From positions 216,217 to 280,216 of the forward strand of contig CAYGTV010000001.1 in assembly GCA_964353135.1 (NCBI GenBank): a stretch of 64,000 bases of DNA, given 5' to 3'. Below, one piece after another: positions 8,927 to 19,654 of this stretch (positions within the stretch are counted from its first letter, which is position 1; every line of letters begins with the position of its first letter). The notes under the pieces are model-generated. The model searched no databases. It was given only the letters and a program-made list of their open reading frames with translations, and was not told where the DNA came from. The translations under genes and the position numbers were made by a program. Origin of the DNA: an uncultured Candidatus Saccharibacteria bacterium (GTDB lineage: Bacteria > Patescibacteriota > Minisyncoccia > Phycocordibacterales > UBA918).

Positions 8927-9829
8927 CTACTCTTTCTTGATAGTCTTGTGCCCACCAAACTGATTACGCATCGCAGAGATAAATGTCCCAGTCCGTGACG
9001 GTTGGGTGCGTGTGGCCTTGCGCTGTTCTAAAGCAGCATTGAGGACAGGTGTCTTGCTCTGCTCCACAATATACTCCATTTCCATTTCTGTTTCCCCCTT
9101 GGGCACCTCACCAGCGATCTGTTCGAGGTAACCTTCAGTGGCAAAAGAATCAGCCAGCCAGCCCATCAGACTGCTACTGATAATGCTGCCATTCTCGTAT
9201 GGCTTGAGAGCTGTCTGAACGTCAATCTGTAGGTCTGGCTGCTCACTCTCAATAAAGTTTACTCCTTCAGCAATCGCTCCCATCATCCCGTACTCGATAC
9301 CGTTGTGCACCATTTTTACAAAGTGCCCAGCGCCAGATCTACCAACATGTCCATAGCCATCTGGTGCAGCTAGGGTTGTAAAGATGTGCTCGATTTCACT
9401 TACAACGACTGCGTCGCCTCCGACCATCAGTGATGCTCCGTGCCGTGCGCCGTCTACACCACCAGAGGTCCCGCAGTCTACGTAATGGATGCCTTTAGCT
9501 TTGGTTGCCTCAGCTCGAGCCAACGTTTCCTTAAAGAAAGTATTGCCACCATCAATAACAATGTCTCCTTTTGCTAACTGCGTAGTGACCTCGTTCAGGA
9601 CGTCGTCTACAAATTTGGCTGGTACCATCATCCAAACGACCTTGCGTCCTTCCATACTAGAAATAACGTCAGAAATTGAGTCATGCACGTCAACCCCAAA
9701 TTCAGTCGCCGCCGCTCGTGCTTCAGCCGAAACATCAAATCCGTGTACAACATAACCCTTCTCAATCAAGTGTTCTGTCATAGCTGCTCCCATCCTGCCA
9801 AGTCCAATGAAAATAAGTTCTTTTTGCAT
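8927..9829 (-). CDS. gnd: 6-phosphogluconate dehydrogenase (short, decarboxylating type)
   Basis: IGLGRMG, IDGGN, GTSGG, GHFVKMVHNGIEYG, RNQFGGH. Confidence 0.92.
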   Translation of the reverse strand: MQKELIFIGLGRMGAAMTEHLIEKGYVVHGFDVSAEARAAATEFGVDVHDSISDVISSMEGRKVVWMMVPAKFVDDVLNEVTTQLAKGDIVIDGGNTFFKETLARAEATKAKGIHYVDCGTSGGVDGARHGASLMVGGDAVVVSEIEHIFTTLAAPDGYGHVGRSGAGHFVKMVHNGIEYGMMGAIAEGVNFIESEQPDLQIDVQTALKPYENGSIISSSLMGWLADSFATEGYLEQIAGEVPKGETEMEMEYIVEQSKTPVLNAALEQRKATRTQPSRTGTFISAMRNQFGGHKTIKKE

Positions 9830-9832
9830 ATA

Positions 9833-11251
9833 CTATTTGTTAGGGATAATGCTGCTGGTTGGCCCTGCGGTTCCTTTCTCATACGAGTGAAGTGGTAGGT
9901 CGTGCCAAGCTTCTAAAATTGGTGTGATGAATTCCCAGGCCGCGAGCACTTCATCAGTTCGGGTAAACAGCATCTGGTCCCCTGCAATTGCATCAAACAG
10001 TACTTTCTCGTAAGAATTTTTAATCTCGGCATTTCCTTGGTTGCAAGTAAATGCCAGTTCTCGAGTTTCTAGTTGGAACCCAAGGCCAGGTGCTTTGGCG
10101 TCGAGTGTGACACTCATGGTCTGTTCTGGAGAAATGGTTAGCTTGACCTCGTTCCCCGTAGTCACACATGATTTTGTTTCAAACATGCCAGTAGCTACAT
10201 CTTTGAACTTGATGGTTACTGACACTTCAGAGGTGTTTAGAGCCTTACCAGACGTAATATAAAATGGCACACCTTCCCACTCTGGCATGTCTAGCTCGGC
10301 TTCTAACTCAAAGTATGTCTCAGTCTGTGAGTCGTCAGGGATATTTTCATTGGTCCGGTAGTCAGTGTACTGGGCTCTCACTACTGATTTGCTTAGGTCG
10401 TCAGTATCAAGTGGCTTGAGTGCCTCGAGTGCACGACAGCGCTCGGTTCTGATGGCTTCTACGTCAAACGATGCTGGTTGCCGCATAGCTACCAGTGCGA
10501 GTAGTTGTAGGAGGTGGTTTTGACCAACATCGCGGAGCGCACCTATCCCTTCGTAAAACCCTGCTCGCTCGCCGACGTCGATCGCTTCTGTCATGTTGAT
10601 GTGGACTGACTGGATGGCTTCCTTGTTCCAGGCAGCTTGCATAAGGACGTTTGCAAACCGAAACGAAAGAATGTTTTGCACGGCTTCTTTGGCTAGGTAA
10701 TGGTCGATCCGAAAAATCTGATCTTCTCGGTATAGTTCTGACAGTTGCGCATCGAGTTCTTGGGCCGTTTCTAAATTGTGGCCAAAAGGCTTTTCTACCA
10801 AAATATGGGTCCAACTCCCCTCCCCTTCAGTCGCTATACCACTAGTTTTCAAATCAGAAAATATTTGCCCATAGTGGCTAGGTGGCACAGCAAGGTAAAA
10901 TAACCGGTTGCCGTGTATTTTGTTTGCTGTATCAAATGTAGTTACAGCTTGGTTGAGTCGGTCATAGGTTGTGATGTCGCTAAATGCTCCAGATACGTAC
11001 GTTACATGTTCACAGAACTGGGCAACGCTAGCCGGGTCATGATTGTGTTGCTTGTCGTGGGTAGTAATGGCTTGGCCTACAAACTCTCGATACTCATCAT
11101 CACTACGTTCTGAGCGTGCCAACCCGATAACACTAAAAGTATCAGGCAGCATACCTCGTGCAAACAAGTCATGAAGAGCTGGCAAAAGCTTCCTTTGACT
11201 CAGGTCGCCAGTTCCACCAAGGATGATAATTTGAGTTGGATTTTGCTTCAT
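9833..11251 (-). CDS. zwf: Glucose-6-phosphate 1-dehydrogenase
   Basis: GGTGDLS, EKPFG, RIDHYLAKE, RDVGQNH. Confidence 0.95.
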   Translation of the reverse strand: MKQNPTQIIILGGTGDLSQRKLLPALHDLFARGMLPDTFSVIGLARSERSDDEYREFVGQAITTHDKQHNHDPASVAQFCEHVTYVSGAFSDITTYDRLNQAVTTFDTANKIHGNRLFYLAVPPSHYGQIFSDLKTSGIATEGEGSWTHILVEKPFGHNLETAQELDAQLSELYREDQIFRIDHYLAKEAVQNILSFRFANVLMQAAWNKEAIQSVHINMTEAIDVGERAGFYEGIGALRDVGQNHLLQLLALVAMRQPASFDVEAIRTERCRALEALKPLDTDDLSKSVVRAQYTDYRTNENIPDDSQTETYFELEAELDMPEWEGVPFYITSGKALNTSEVSVTIKFKDVATGMFETKSCVTTGNEVKLTISPEQTMSVTLDAKAPGLGFQLETRELAFTCNQGNAEIKNSYEKVLFDAIAGDQMLFTRTDEVLAAWEFITPILEAWHDLPLHSYEKGTAGPTSSIIPNK

Positions 11252-11290
11252 TAGTTTATTATACGTACAAATCCACTGTAACTTGCATTT

Positions 11291-12592
11291 CTATCGTGGA
11301 GGCAGATATAACATCGGGTCGATGTAGGCGCTGGTTGCAGCGGTTGGAGTAGTGGCCGGACCACAGCCGGTCACTGCCTTGATTTCGTTGAATCGTCGCA
11401 CAGATACACCTTCCTTGGCGTAGAGCGTAAAGTGGAGGTGAGGGCCAGTAGACAGACCCGTGTTGCCGATGTACCCGATGATTTCACCGGTTGCTACTTT
11501 TTGCCCTGGTGATACAGCGATCACATCCTGGTGGGCGTACATAGTTGAAAGTCCATTGGCATGGTCAACCAGGGTCCATTTACCCCATGAGTAACAACCT
11601 GGCACCGCGTCAGTATTCCCTACAGCGCGAACTGTCCCCGCTAGAGGTGCTTTGATTGGTGTACCTCGCGGTGCACCAAAGTCCACCCCGGGGTGATACG
11701 CACGTCCATAGATTCCTGGGTTACGGGCAGCAAATTCAGTCCCGCCAAATAGCTGGGTAATGATTACATTATCAACTGGCCAGTTAAACACTGGTGTTCC
11801 AGGTGCTGGGATAGTGTTTGGATCCAAGATGAATTGTAGTTTTGATTCAAATTCGCGCAGCTCCCGTCTTATTTCTTCTCGAGCGGCTTCTTGCTCGGCC
11901 AGTAGAGCCTGATATTGTGCCTCTTCATTTCTGGTGGCTGATAGTAATTCTGCTTGTTCAGTTCGGCTATTAACCAGTATTTCGTTTTGGTCAGTGTACT
12001 GATCTTTGAGGTCACCAAGCTCGTTTCGCTTTGATTCGTTTTGTGAGCGTCTCTCTTCGAGTACAGTTTGGAGTTGGTCTAATGTAGCCACTTTTGAAGC
12101 CATTTCATTTTTGATACTGTCAAAGGTATCGATTTCGGTCCAAAATTCAGAGAGGCGTTCATTTTTCAGTAGCATCTCTATCAAGGACTGTTGCTCAGCT
12201 TGGTACTGAGAGCGGATAATTTGCCCGATGGCTGATTCGGTGAATTCTATGTCGTCTTCGGTCCGAGTGATTTCTAGGATCAGTTTGTTGATCTCCAGAT
12301 CAGTTGAAGAAATGAGTGACTCCGTCTTACTGATCTCGGCATTCACTTTCTTCCGCTCTGTTTCTAGTCGGTTGATGGCCGATTGTAAGGTGGTTTTTTC
12401 AGCTCCCACTACTTGCAGCTCGGCTTCGTACTTGGCAATCTCTCGTTCAATGTCACCAAGTCGATCGTTTCTTTCAGCAATCTCGCCTTGGAGTTCTGCA
12501 ATCTCGCTCTGAGCAAATGCTTCGTGGGTATACGACAAAGAGACTGGAATAACCAGCCCGATCATAAAGGCTACGAGCACATGGCGTGTCAT
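11291..12592 (-). CDS. M23 peptidase with coiled coil (EnvC-like)
   Basis: Signal peptide, long coiled coil, HPGVDFG, YAH, GNTGLSTGPHLHF. Confidence 0.88.
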   Translation of the reverse strand: MTRHVLVAFMIGLVIPVSLSYTHEAFAQSEIAELQGEIAERNDRLGDIEREIAKYEAELQVVGAEKTTLQSAINRLETERKKVNAEISKTESLISSTDLEINKLILEITRTEDDIEFTESAIGQIIRSQYQAEQQSLIEMLLKNERLSEFWTEIDTFDSIKNEMASKVATLDQLQTVLEERRSQNESKRNELGDLKDQYTDQNEILVNSRTEQAELLSATRNEEAQYQALLAEQEAAREEIRRELREFESKLQFILDPNTIPAPGTPVFNWPVDNVIITQLFGGTEFAARNPGIYGRAYHPGVDFGAPRGTPIKAPLAGTVRAVGNTDAVPGCYSWGKWTLVDHANGLSTMYAHQDVIAVSPGQKVATGEIIGYIGNTGLSTGPHLHFTLYAKEGVSVRRFNEIKAVTGCGPATTPTAATSAYIDPMLYLPPR

Positions 12593-14031
12593 GCACTTAT
12601 TTTATCACAAGCTGTATTAATCCGCGCCAGAGTTGTCTCTTTACCCAGTACATACGCACAAGTAAATGGATCTGGTGAGCGTTCGCTGCCGGAAAGTGAT
12701 ACTCGTAGTGGCCAGAGGAGTTCACCCTTCCCTATTTCCTCGGCATAGTCCCACATGGCTGCTTTGATGGTCTCAGGTGAGCTGAAATCTGCTTCTGCGA
12801 GTAGTTCGGCGGCTTGTTGTAGTCTGGGCACTGCAGCGGCTGCCGTATCGTCATTCTTCCATTTGAGGATCGCTGGATCATAGTCGATATCTTCAAATGC
12901 CCAATTGTACTCTCCTGCTTCAGCTGTTTGCATGATTTCGGTTTTATTGTGCACTCGCTCCAGGATCGTCGGTACTAGTTTTGCGAGTGTAGTTTTGTCG
13001 TGTTGTGGTAGCGCGTCAAATACATAGGCTTCTTTATCTTTGTCTGACAGTTTTTCAAGGTATTCCTTGTTCATCCACTGCAGCTTCTCTTCGTTAAACG
13101 CTCCACCAGATTTGTGGATTTTCTCGATTGTAAATGCTTTCATCAAACTTTCTCCAGGGAATAGTTCTTGATCCCCGCCTGGGTTCCAGCCGATCAGGGC
13201 AAGGAAGTTACGCATGGCTTCTGGCAGGTAGCCATCTTTGTCGTAATCAAGCAGGTCTTTAGCGCCATCTCGTTTACTAAGTTTCTTTTTGCCGTCTGGT
13301 CCCATGATCGGTGGCAGCGTCACAAACACTGGATATGGTATTTCCATGGCATCATAGAGGCTGAGGAACTTGGGTGTGCTAGAGATAAATTCTTCCCCCC
13401 GCATAACGTGGGTTACACTCATTTCGAGGTCGTCAACGATGTGGGCAAAGTTATAGGTCGGATACCCGTCAGCTTTCATGATCACAAAATCATCCAGTGC
13501 TTCTTCTCCGGCGGTTAGTTCACCACGCACGGCGTCGTGCCACGTGTAGCGCTTGATTTCCGGTGTTTTAAACCTGAGTGACTGTGTGCCGTCCCATTCA
13601 CCAAAGGTTTCTGGTCGATGATCACGAAACAGAAATGGTCGGTTCTCTGCCTGTGCCGCTTCACGAAAAGCTGAGAGTTCTTCGGCCGTATAAGGATCAG
13701 GATATGCGAGACCCTTTTCAACTAGCTGCTGGGCGTATTTCTGGTATGTCTCTAGTCGGTCTGATTGCAGGCACGAACCAAATTCAGCTGAAGGCTTGTC
13801 TGGTCCAAACTCCCACTTAATTCCCAACCATTGTAGTGAGTCCTGGATTTGTTGAATTGATCCCTCAACCTCGCGAGCCTTGTCGGTATCCTCGATCCGA
13901 AGGATAAAAGATCCATTATTTTTCTTGGCCCACAGATAGGCAAACAGCGCTGTCCGGACTCCACCAATATGTAAAAAGCCAGTTGGCGACGGGGCAAACC
14001 GAGTGACTACCTTCTGATTATTTTCGTTCAT
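12589..14031 (-). CDS. gltX: Glutamate--tRNA ligase
   Basis: RFAPSPTGFLHIGG, KLSKRDG. Confidence 0.95.
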   Translation of the reverse strand: MNENNQKVVTRFAPSPTGFLHIGGVRTALFAYLWAKKNNGSFILRIEDTDKAREVEGSIQQIQDSLQWLGIKWEFGPDKPSAEFGSCLQSDRLETYQKYAQQLVEKGLAYPDPYTAEELSAFREAAQAENRPFLFRDHRPETFGEWDGTQSLRFKTPEIKRYTWHDAVRGELTAGEEALDDFVIMKADGYPTYNFAHIVDDLEMSVTHVMRGEEFISSTPKFLSLYDAMEIPYPVFVTLPPIMGPDGKKKLSKRDGAKDLLDYDKDGYLPEAMRNFLALIGWNPGGDQELFPGESLMKAFTIEKIHKSGGAFNEEKLQWMNKEYLEKLSDKDKEAYVFDALPQHDKTTLAKLVPTILERVHNKTEIMQTAEAGEYNWAFEDIDYDPAILKWKNDDTAAAAVPRLQQAAELLAEADFSSPETIKAAMWDYAEEIGKGELLWPLRVSLSGSERSPDPFTCAYVLGKETTLARINTACDKISA

Positions 14032-15130
14032 GTTCTTTGCCGATGGAAATTAGGACCGCTGCTAGTTTGCTGGCGGCATCAGGAATAAAAGAGGCTTTGG
14101 CTGCAGCTGACATAGCTGCTAGCTTCTGCTGATCACCCATAATAGTGTTAATTTCGTTTGCGAGCAAGTGGTCGGTGAGATTGTGCTCCTCGATAACGTT
14201 TGCTCCCCCTCCCCGGGCATAAGTATAGGCGTTGGTTCGCTGATCGCGGCTGACATCCTCTGGGATAGGTATAATGATAGCTGGTGTTCCAAAGTACGCT
14301 AGCTCAAACAGCGTGGTACTCCCAGCGCGAGTGATAACTAGGCTAGCTGCCTGCATCAGAGCAGAAACCGTGTGAACTGGGACAGTTTCAGCCACGTAGT
14401 AGCTAGACGCGAGGTCAGTTCCCTCTAGTAATCCTTGAGCCGTCTGCTGCACATTAGCAACCTGTGGACCAGTTTGGTGGAAAATCCGGTAGTACGGGAG
14501 CAGCTCGTCCAGACTGTTCAGAATAACGTCGTTTAATCGTTCTGCTCCTTGCGAGCCTCCTGTCACATAGATCAGAGGTTTATCGTTTGGAATCCCGACG
14601 ATACTAAGTGGGTCATCTAGAATATGTTTTAGTTCAGTTCGCAATGGAATCCCAGTCAGAGCAGTTTTCTCAGGCGGGAAAAAAGCCGCTGCTTCGTCAT
14701 ATGAAATAGCGATATAGCGAGCAAATTTCTTGGCCAGATCGTTGGCTTTTCCAGGGGTAGTGTCTGATTCGTGGATGACTACTGGGATTTTCAGAATTCG
14801 GGCAGCTAGTAGAATTGGGACTGCGGTGTAGCTGCCTTTTGAGAAAATAACGTCTGGATAAATGACATATAGTTTCCAGACAGCCATAAAGAAACCAAAA
14901 AAGGTTCGGAATAGATCAAAGAAATTTTGAATCGAGAAATAGCGACGAAGCTTTCCAGCTGGGACAGGTATATACTTGATTCGGTAACTTTTTAATTGCT
15001 CAAGGTCATATGGTGCAGGACCAAAATAGTATAGTTTTGGCGCTTGTGGGGTGTGGTTCAGCTCATCAGCCACAGCCATTAGCGGGTAAAAATGCCCGCC
15101 TGATCCACCACCGACTAATCCAATTCGCAT
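14018..15130 (-). CDS. murG: MurG glycosyltransferase
   Basis: GGGSGGHFYP, GGSQGA, RAGSTT, DQRTNA. Confidence 0.92.
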   Translation of the reverse strand: MRIGLVGGGSGGHFYPLMAVADELNHTPQAPKLYYFGPAPYDLEQLKSYRIKYIPVPAGKLRRYFSIQNFFDLFRTFFGFFMAVWKLYVIYPDVIFSKGSYTAVPILLAARILKIPVVIHESDTTPGKANDLAKKFARYIAISYDEAAAFFPPEKTALTGIPLRTELKHILDDPLSIVGIPNDKPLIYVTGGSQGAERLNDVILNSLDELLPYYRIFHQTGPQVANVQQTAQGLLEGTDLASSYYVAETVPVHTVSALMQAASLVITRAGSTTLFELAYFGTPAIIIPIPEDVSRDQRTNAYTYARGGGANVIEEHNLTDHLLANEINTIMGDQQKLAAMSAAAKASFIPDAASKLAAVLISIGKEHERK

Positions 15131-15152
15131 AGAGTTAGTTTATCACGATCAG

Positions 15153-16268
15153 CTATCGCCGTAGGCGGTATTTCGACACATTCAGGACAATCCCAAGTGC
15201 TGCCAGGGTCGACAAGAGCGCTGTCCCACCGTGACTGATAAATGGCAGTGGTAACCCAGACAGTGGAGCCACCCCAAGCATAGCTCCCATGTTGAGGAAG
15301 GCTTGGCACATGATCACGGTGATAATTCCAGTCACTAGTAGCACCCCAAACATGTCTGAGGCATTTTGGGAGATTTTGTACCCACGCAATGCAAATGCCA
15401 CAAATAGACTCAGCAGCACGATCACCCCAAGAAAGCCAAATTCTTCACTATAGACAGCAAAAATAGAGTCGCCAATTGGCTCTGGTAAGTATTCAAATTT
15501 CTGGATGCTTTGACCAAATCCACGACCGGCTACACCACCTGAACCTACTGCAATCAAAGACTGGTTGATCTGCCAACCGCTACCAAGCGGGTCAGCGGTT
15601 GGGTCCATAAATGTCATCAGTCGATCCATCACATATGGTCGCAGGACTGCCACGGCAGCAATGAGTGCAACTCCACATAACGCTAGGATAAGTAGATCTC
15701 GAAAGCGTGCCCCAGCAACAACAAACATTGCTAATCCACCAGCTGCCATAACCAAAAACGTGTCAGTATCCGGTTGTAAAAGCATAACAATCCCCGTTGC
15801 TCCGCTGATGACTCCAAACGGCACTAGCCCAAACCGCCAATCGTCTACGTGGCGATGCATGCCAGACAACCAAGTGGCGAGGTAAATTATGTAAGCCACT
15901 TTGAGAAATTCAGACGGCTGGACGGTTGTGATACCTAGGTCAATCCACCTAGTTGCACCCGCATGAGTCATCCCGACGCCTGGAATAAACACCGCCAAGG
16001 TAGCAATCAAACCAAAGAGGAAAATCCAGAGTGCATGTTTGCGATAGTGGCGATAATGAACGTTACTAAGTACCAGTAAAGCGATTGATCCCCCAAGGAT
16101 TCCAAACACAAACTGACTAAATGCAACCGAAGTAAACGATGCTCCTCCGCGTGCCAGTAGTCCTAATGATGCGGAAGAGAAAATCAGAAAACCAACCGTT
16201 ACCAAAGTCGCAATAAGCGCGAGGAATACCGTGTCCACACCTTGGGGCTTTCGATTGTTAGCACTCAT
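15153..16268 (-). CDS. ftsW: SEDS peptidoglycan polymerase FtsW
   Basis: GATRWI, QPSEFLK, LPEPIGDSIF, LPFISHGG; between mraY and murG. Confidence 0.88.
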   Translation of the reverse strand: MSANNRKPQGVDTVFLALIATLVTVGFLIFSSASLGLLARGGASFTSVAFSQFVFGILGGSIALLVLSNVHYRHYRKHALWIFLFGLIATLAVFIPGVGMTHAGATRWIDLGITTVQPSEFLKVAYIIYLATWLSGMHRHVDDWRFGLVPFGVISGATGIVMLLQPDTDTFLVMAAGGLAMFVVAGARFRDLLILALCGVALIAAVAVLRPYVMDRLMTFMDPTADPLGSGWQINQSLIAVGSGGVAGRGFGQSIQKFEYLPEPIGDSIFAVYSEEFGFLGVIVLLSLFVAFALRGYKISQNASDMFGVLLVTGIITVIMCQAFLNMGAMLGVAPLSGLPLPFISHGGTALLSTLAALGIVLNVSKYRLRR

Positions 16269-17323
16269 GCAGTGGTAGCGATAATTACTCCAACAATGGC
16301 GCAGATAATGCTGATGATCCAGTAGCGCATGGTGACTTTTTCCGAGGACCAGCCGATAGCTTCAAAGTGGTGGTGTAGTGGTGCGATCCTAAATAATTTT
16401 TTCCCAGTTGTTTTGCGGTACACTAACTGCAAGACGTTTGATGCAACTGTCGCCAGTAGTGGTAGTGCCACGATAAACATAAGTGCCACTCCATTTCCGT
16501 CTCCCAGCGAGTCTGTCATAAATACAACTACTGCTAGCGCTAGAGTCAGTGCCATTGATCCAGTTTCCGTCATCCAGAACCTGGCTGGTGGAATGTTGAA
16601 CCACAAAAAAGCCAGTATTCCACCAACCAGGGTGGCACAAAATGTTGCCAGTCCCACCTGGTCTTGCACGATTGCAATTCCGGCATAGGCCGCAAATACA
16701 CTCGCAAAAACTCCACCCGAGAGGCCGTCGATACCATCGATTACGCCGCTAGCATATAGTATCAAGGTAAGGATGATAAAGAACGGAATGATGAAAATTC
16801 CTAGTTCAATTGAACCATCGTAAGGAATATTGACGCTCGTCACTCCTAGCTTGTCATAGAACCACCAACCAAGTGAGCCAGCCAAAACCGAGATAATAGC
16901 GAGTCTGGCGGTCAGTCTCATCCCCTTGCCTCCATGTGTGACGTCGTATACATCGTTGAGGAATCCAAGCGCTGCACCGATAAACAGCGCTCCAGCTGGG
17001 ATGAGGGTCTGGGAACGTGTTAAGTAGTCCAGTGAAGCAAAAATAGTCCCAGGAAATATAGCCGCCAGTACGTAGGTCCCAACCAATGTAATCAGCACAC
17101 TTCCCCAGATGACAATCCCGCCCATGCGTGGGGTCCTAGTTTCATTCCCGCCTTTGAGGCGGTTGAACTCAGTGGCTTCATGGCCACCGATCGCTTTTTT
17201 ACCACCCTCTTTCTTCCAGACTTTATGCTTGTATAAAAAATGGGTAATGACCGGTGTAATCAAAACTCCTATAAAAAAGGTGATCAAGGCGGGGGCAAGT
17301 ACGGATACAAGAGTGCTAGTCAT
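16265..17323 (-). CDS. mraY: Phospho-N-acetylmuramoyl-pentapeptide transferase
   Basis: TPRMGG, DGIDGL, FNIPPARF, APLHHHFE. Confidence 0.92.
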   Translation of the reverse strand: MTSTLVSVLAPALITFFIGVLITPVITHFLYKHKVWKKEGGKKAIGGHEATEFNRLKGGNETRTPRMGGIVIWGSVLITLVGTYVLAAIFPGTIFASLDYLTRSQTLIPAGALFIGAALGFLNDVYDVTHGGKGMRLTARLAIISVLAGSLGWWFYDKLGVTSVNIPYDGSIELGIFIIPFFIILTLILYASGVIDGIDGLSGGVFASVFAAYAGIAIVQDQVGLATFCATLVGGILAFLWFNIPPARFWMTETGSMALTLALAVVVFMTDSLGDGNGVALMFIVALPLLATVASNVLQLVYRKTTGKKLFRIAPLHHHFEAIGWSSEKVTMRYWIISIICAIVGVIIATTA

Positions 17324-17328
17324 GATAG

Positions 17329-18318
17329 TTATTCAGTTACAACCGAAGCTTGGACCGCTTCGATCAGCGTAAGGACGTCAGTAAACCTAGCGTCTCTAGT
17401 TGATCCAAGGACGGTAACAATGATCGGCCGGTCCAGCCCCAGGTTAAACGCAACAGTGAGGTTCCCTCCCGCTAGGTCTGTGTAACCAGTTTTTGACGCT
17501 AGCAAGTTTGGGATACGATTTACAATTGCATTAGTATTTTCGGCGTCATGATACATGCCGACCGAGTTATAGACCCGGGTTACCGGTTGTTGGGTGATTT
17601 CAATTAGCTCAGGATACTCCTCGATGATGTACTCGAGCAAGAAACTGATGTCTTTTGCGCTCCCTACTCCACCGGGAGTCGATGAGTTTAAATCAAGGCC
17701 GGTAGTGTTGGCAAACGCCAGTGAGTCTAGCTGTAGTTCGCTAGCACGAATGTTCATAGCAGCAATAAATTGTTGTGCTGGGTCGCGATCACCAAGTAGT
17801 GCACCAGCTGTGTTTGCGAGTGCAAATGCTGCGTCGTTGGATGATGAAACTAGTGCCAAGTAGTTTAGTTCCTCGATCGTCAGTGTCTCCCCGGCCACCA
17901 AACCGCTAGCTCCTTCTTGTCTGATTGCAGTCAACGGTAACGCTACGTCGGTTTGCTCACTGATCAGCTCATGGGTCACCAAGGCTGTCATTAATTTAGT
18001 GATCGATGCCAGCGGGAGCGTTTCTTTTTCGTTTTTCTTGTACAGGGCTCGTTGTCCTCTTACGTCCCATACGTAGGCTGCTGTGGCTTTGAGTGAGATA
18101 TCCTCTAATTGTATTGATTCGTCTGTTGGTTCGACGTCGCTCAGGTTCACCGTCGGACGAGTGGTCTGGTCCTCTGCTACCTGGCCTCGAACTGGGCTAA
18201 ACCACCAGAGTGAGCCGAACGTGATTCCTAAAATCAACGTCAGCACCACCAATTGCCCCACGATTGGAAAGTGGTTTTTTACATCTGGTTGCATATCAGG
18301 AATTAGTGGCATGGTCAT
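17329..18318 (-). CDS. D-alanyl-D-alanine carboxypeptidase (S11)
   Basis: ASITKLMT (SxxK), SSND (SxN), KTGYT. Confidence 0.88.
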   Translation of the reverse strand: MTMPLIPDMQPDVKNHFPIVGQLVVLTLILGITFGSLWWFSPVRGQVAEDQTTRPTVNLSDVEPTDESIQLEDISLKATAAYVWDVRGQRALYKKNEKETLPLASITKLMTALVTHELISEQTDVALPLTAIRQEGASGLVAGETLTIEELNYLALVSSSNDAAFALANTAGALLGDRDPAQQFIAAMNIRASELQLDSLAFANTTGLDLNSSTPGGVGSAKDISFLLEYIIEEYPELIEITQQPVTRVYNSVGMYHDAENTNAIVNRIPNLLASKTGYTDLAGGNLTVAFNLGLDRPIIVTVLGSTRDARFTDVLTLIEAVQASVVTE

Positions 18319-18842
18319 ACAGTATCAGGTTGCTCGGAAAATGCATCAATTGCATCCATAAATTCACCAAAGTGAGGCAGCTCTTGTTTACTGGTTACTC
18401 CTAGGTGTTGTAATAAGGCTGGAGTGGTACGGAACTGGTGTGAGTTTTTAAGTGCGGTTCGTTCGATCAGTCCCCTGGTCATTAGGTTGCGCAGAATAAA
18501 CGCTGAATTCACACCCCGGATACGGTCGATCTCACCCCGGCTGATCGGCTCTCGGTATAGGACTATCGCTAGGGTTTCTGCCCCAGCCTTACCAATGTCT
18601 TGTGCTAGCTCCCCTTTACGTAACGCTTCGATCACCCCACTCATCTCAGGTGCGGTCACAAGCTGTAGTTCCAGGTCAGTTTCCATGAGTCGGATACCAC
18701 CTACCTCGAGTCTAGTTTTGAGTTGTGAAATAGCTGTCGCCAGATCTACTTCTGACACATCAAACATGTCGATCAGTTTCGACTTTTTTTGTGGCGCACC
18801 GGTGTAAAACAACACACCTTCTATCAGTGAGGCTAACGGCAT
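18315..18842 (-). CDS. scpB: SMC-Scp complex subunit ScpB
   Basis: ETLAIVLYREPISRGEIDRIRGVNS. Confidence 0.92.
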   Translation of the reverse strand: MPLASLIEGVLFYTGAPQKKSKLIDMFDVSEVDLATAISQLKTRLEVGGIRLMETDLELQLVTAPEMSGVIEALRKGELAQDIGKAGAETLAIVLYREPISRGEIDRIRGVNSAFILRNLMTRGLIERTALKNSHQFRTTPALLQHLGVTSKQELPHFGEFMDAIDAFSEQPDTV

Positions 18843-18895
18843 AGGTAACTAAAATATAGCATGACAGGCAGGTTTTAAAGGCTGTTCTGTACCCA

Positions 18896-19645
18896 CTAGT
18901 AGTAGGTAGGTGTCCCAGCTTTTTCTGACTCTAGGTGGATGTCTTCGAATCGCCCACTTTGGATAATGAGTATGTCTCCTTGTTTAAATAGTTCCAGGAT
19001 TGCCAAGAAACCAACAATCACGTTTTTGTGTTCGGGTTCGTCACGTCGGATGTCAGAAAAGCGTGTTCGAAGCTGCTGGGTGATCCGTTTTTGCAAACGA
19101 CTCATCATGTCTTCGAGGCTGATGGTTGGTCTAACGGTTGCCTTGGCTTTTGGGATAGTCTCTCGCGGTAGGTTATGTAGTACTCGAGTCATCGCCTCGC
19201 TCATCTCATCGAGTGTGCAATATCCGTCAGTTACAAACAGCGGTTCTCGTGGTGGCGTATATTGTGCTTCATAGAGCATGTTGTGTCCAAACATAACGTT
19301 GATTGGTGCAGCCGCGTCACGGTAGATCTGGTATTGGCGTAGGCGTTCGGTCAGATCTTCGATACTCCCCTCCTCTTCTTCAGTCAGCTCCAGGACTGGT
19401 AGGAGTGATTTTGATTTGATCAGCAATAGGGTCGCTGCCAGGGTAACAAACTGCACAGTGTTGGGCAGCGACAGTTCTTGCATCAGACTTACCCGCTGCA
19501 TGTACTCGTCAGTCACTGCAGCGAGCGAGATGTCGTTAATCAGTAACTTTCGTTTCTCAACTAACTCAATCAACAACTCCAACGGCCCTTCAAAGACCTC
19601 GGTCTTCACCGCAAAGTGTTGAGGATTGATTGTGATGGTATCCAT
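18896..19645 (-). CDS. scpA: Segregation and condensation protein A
   Basis: FEGPLELL, LIKSKSLLP, FLAILEL. Confidence 0.92.
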   Translation of the reverse strand: MDTITINPQHFAVKTEVFEGPLELLIELVEKRKLLINDISLAAVTDEYMQRVSLMQELSLPNTVQFVTLAATLLLIKSKSLLPVLELTEEEEGSIEDLTERLRQYQIYRDAAAPINVMFGHNMLYEAQYTPPREPLFVTDGYCTLDEMSEAMTRVLHNLPRETIPKAKATVRPTISLEDMMSRLQKRITQQLRTRFSDIRRDEPEHKNVIVGFLAILELFKQGDILIIQSGRFEDIHLESEKAGTPTYY

Positions 19646-19654
19646 CTGTAAATT

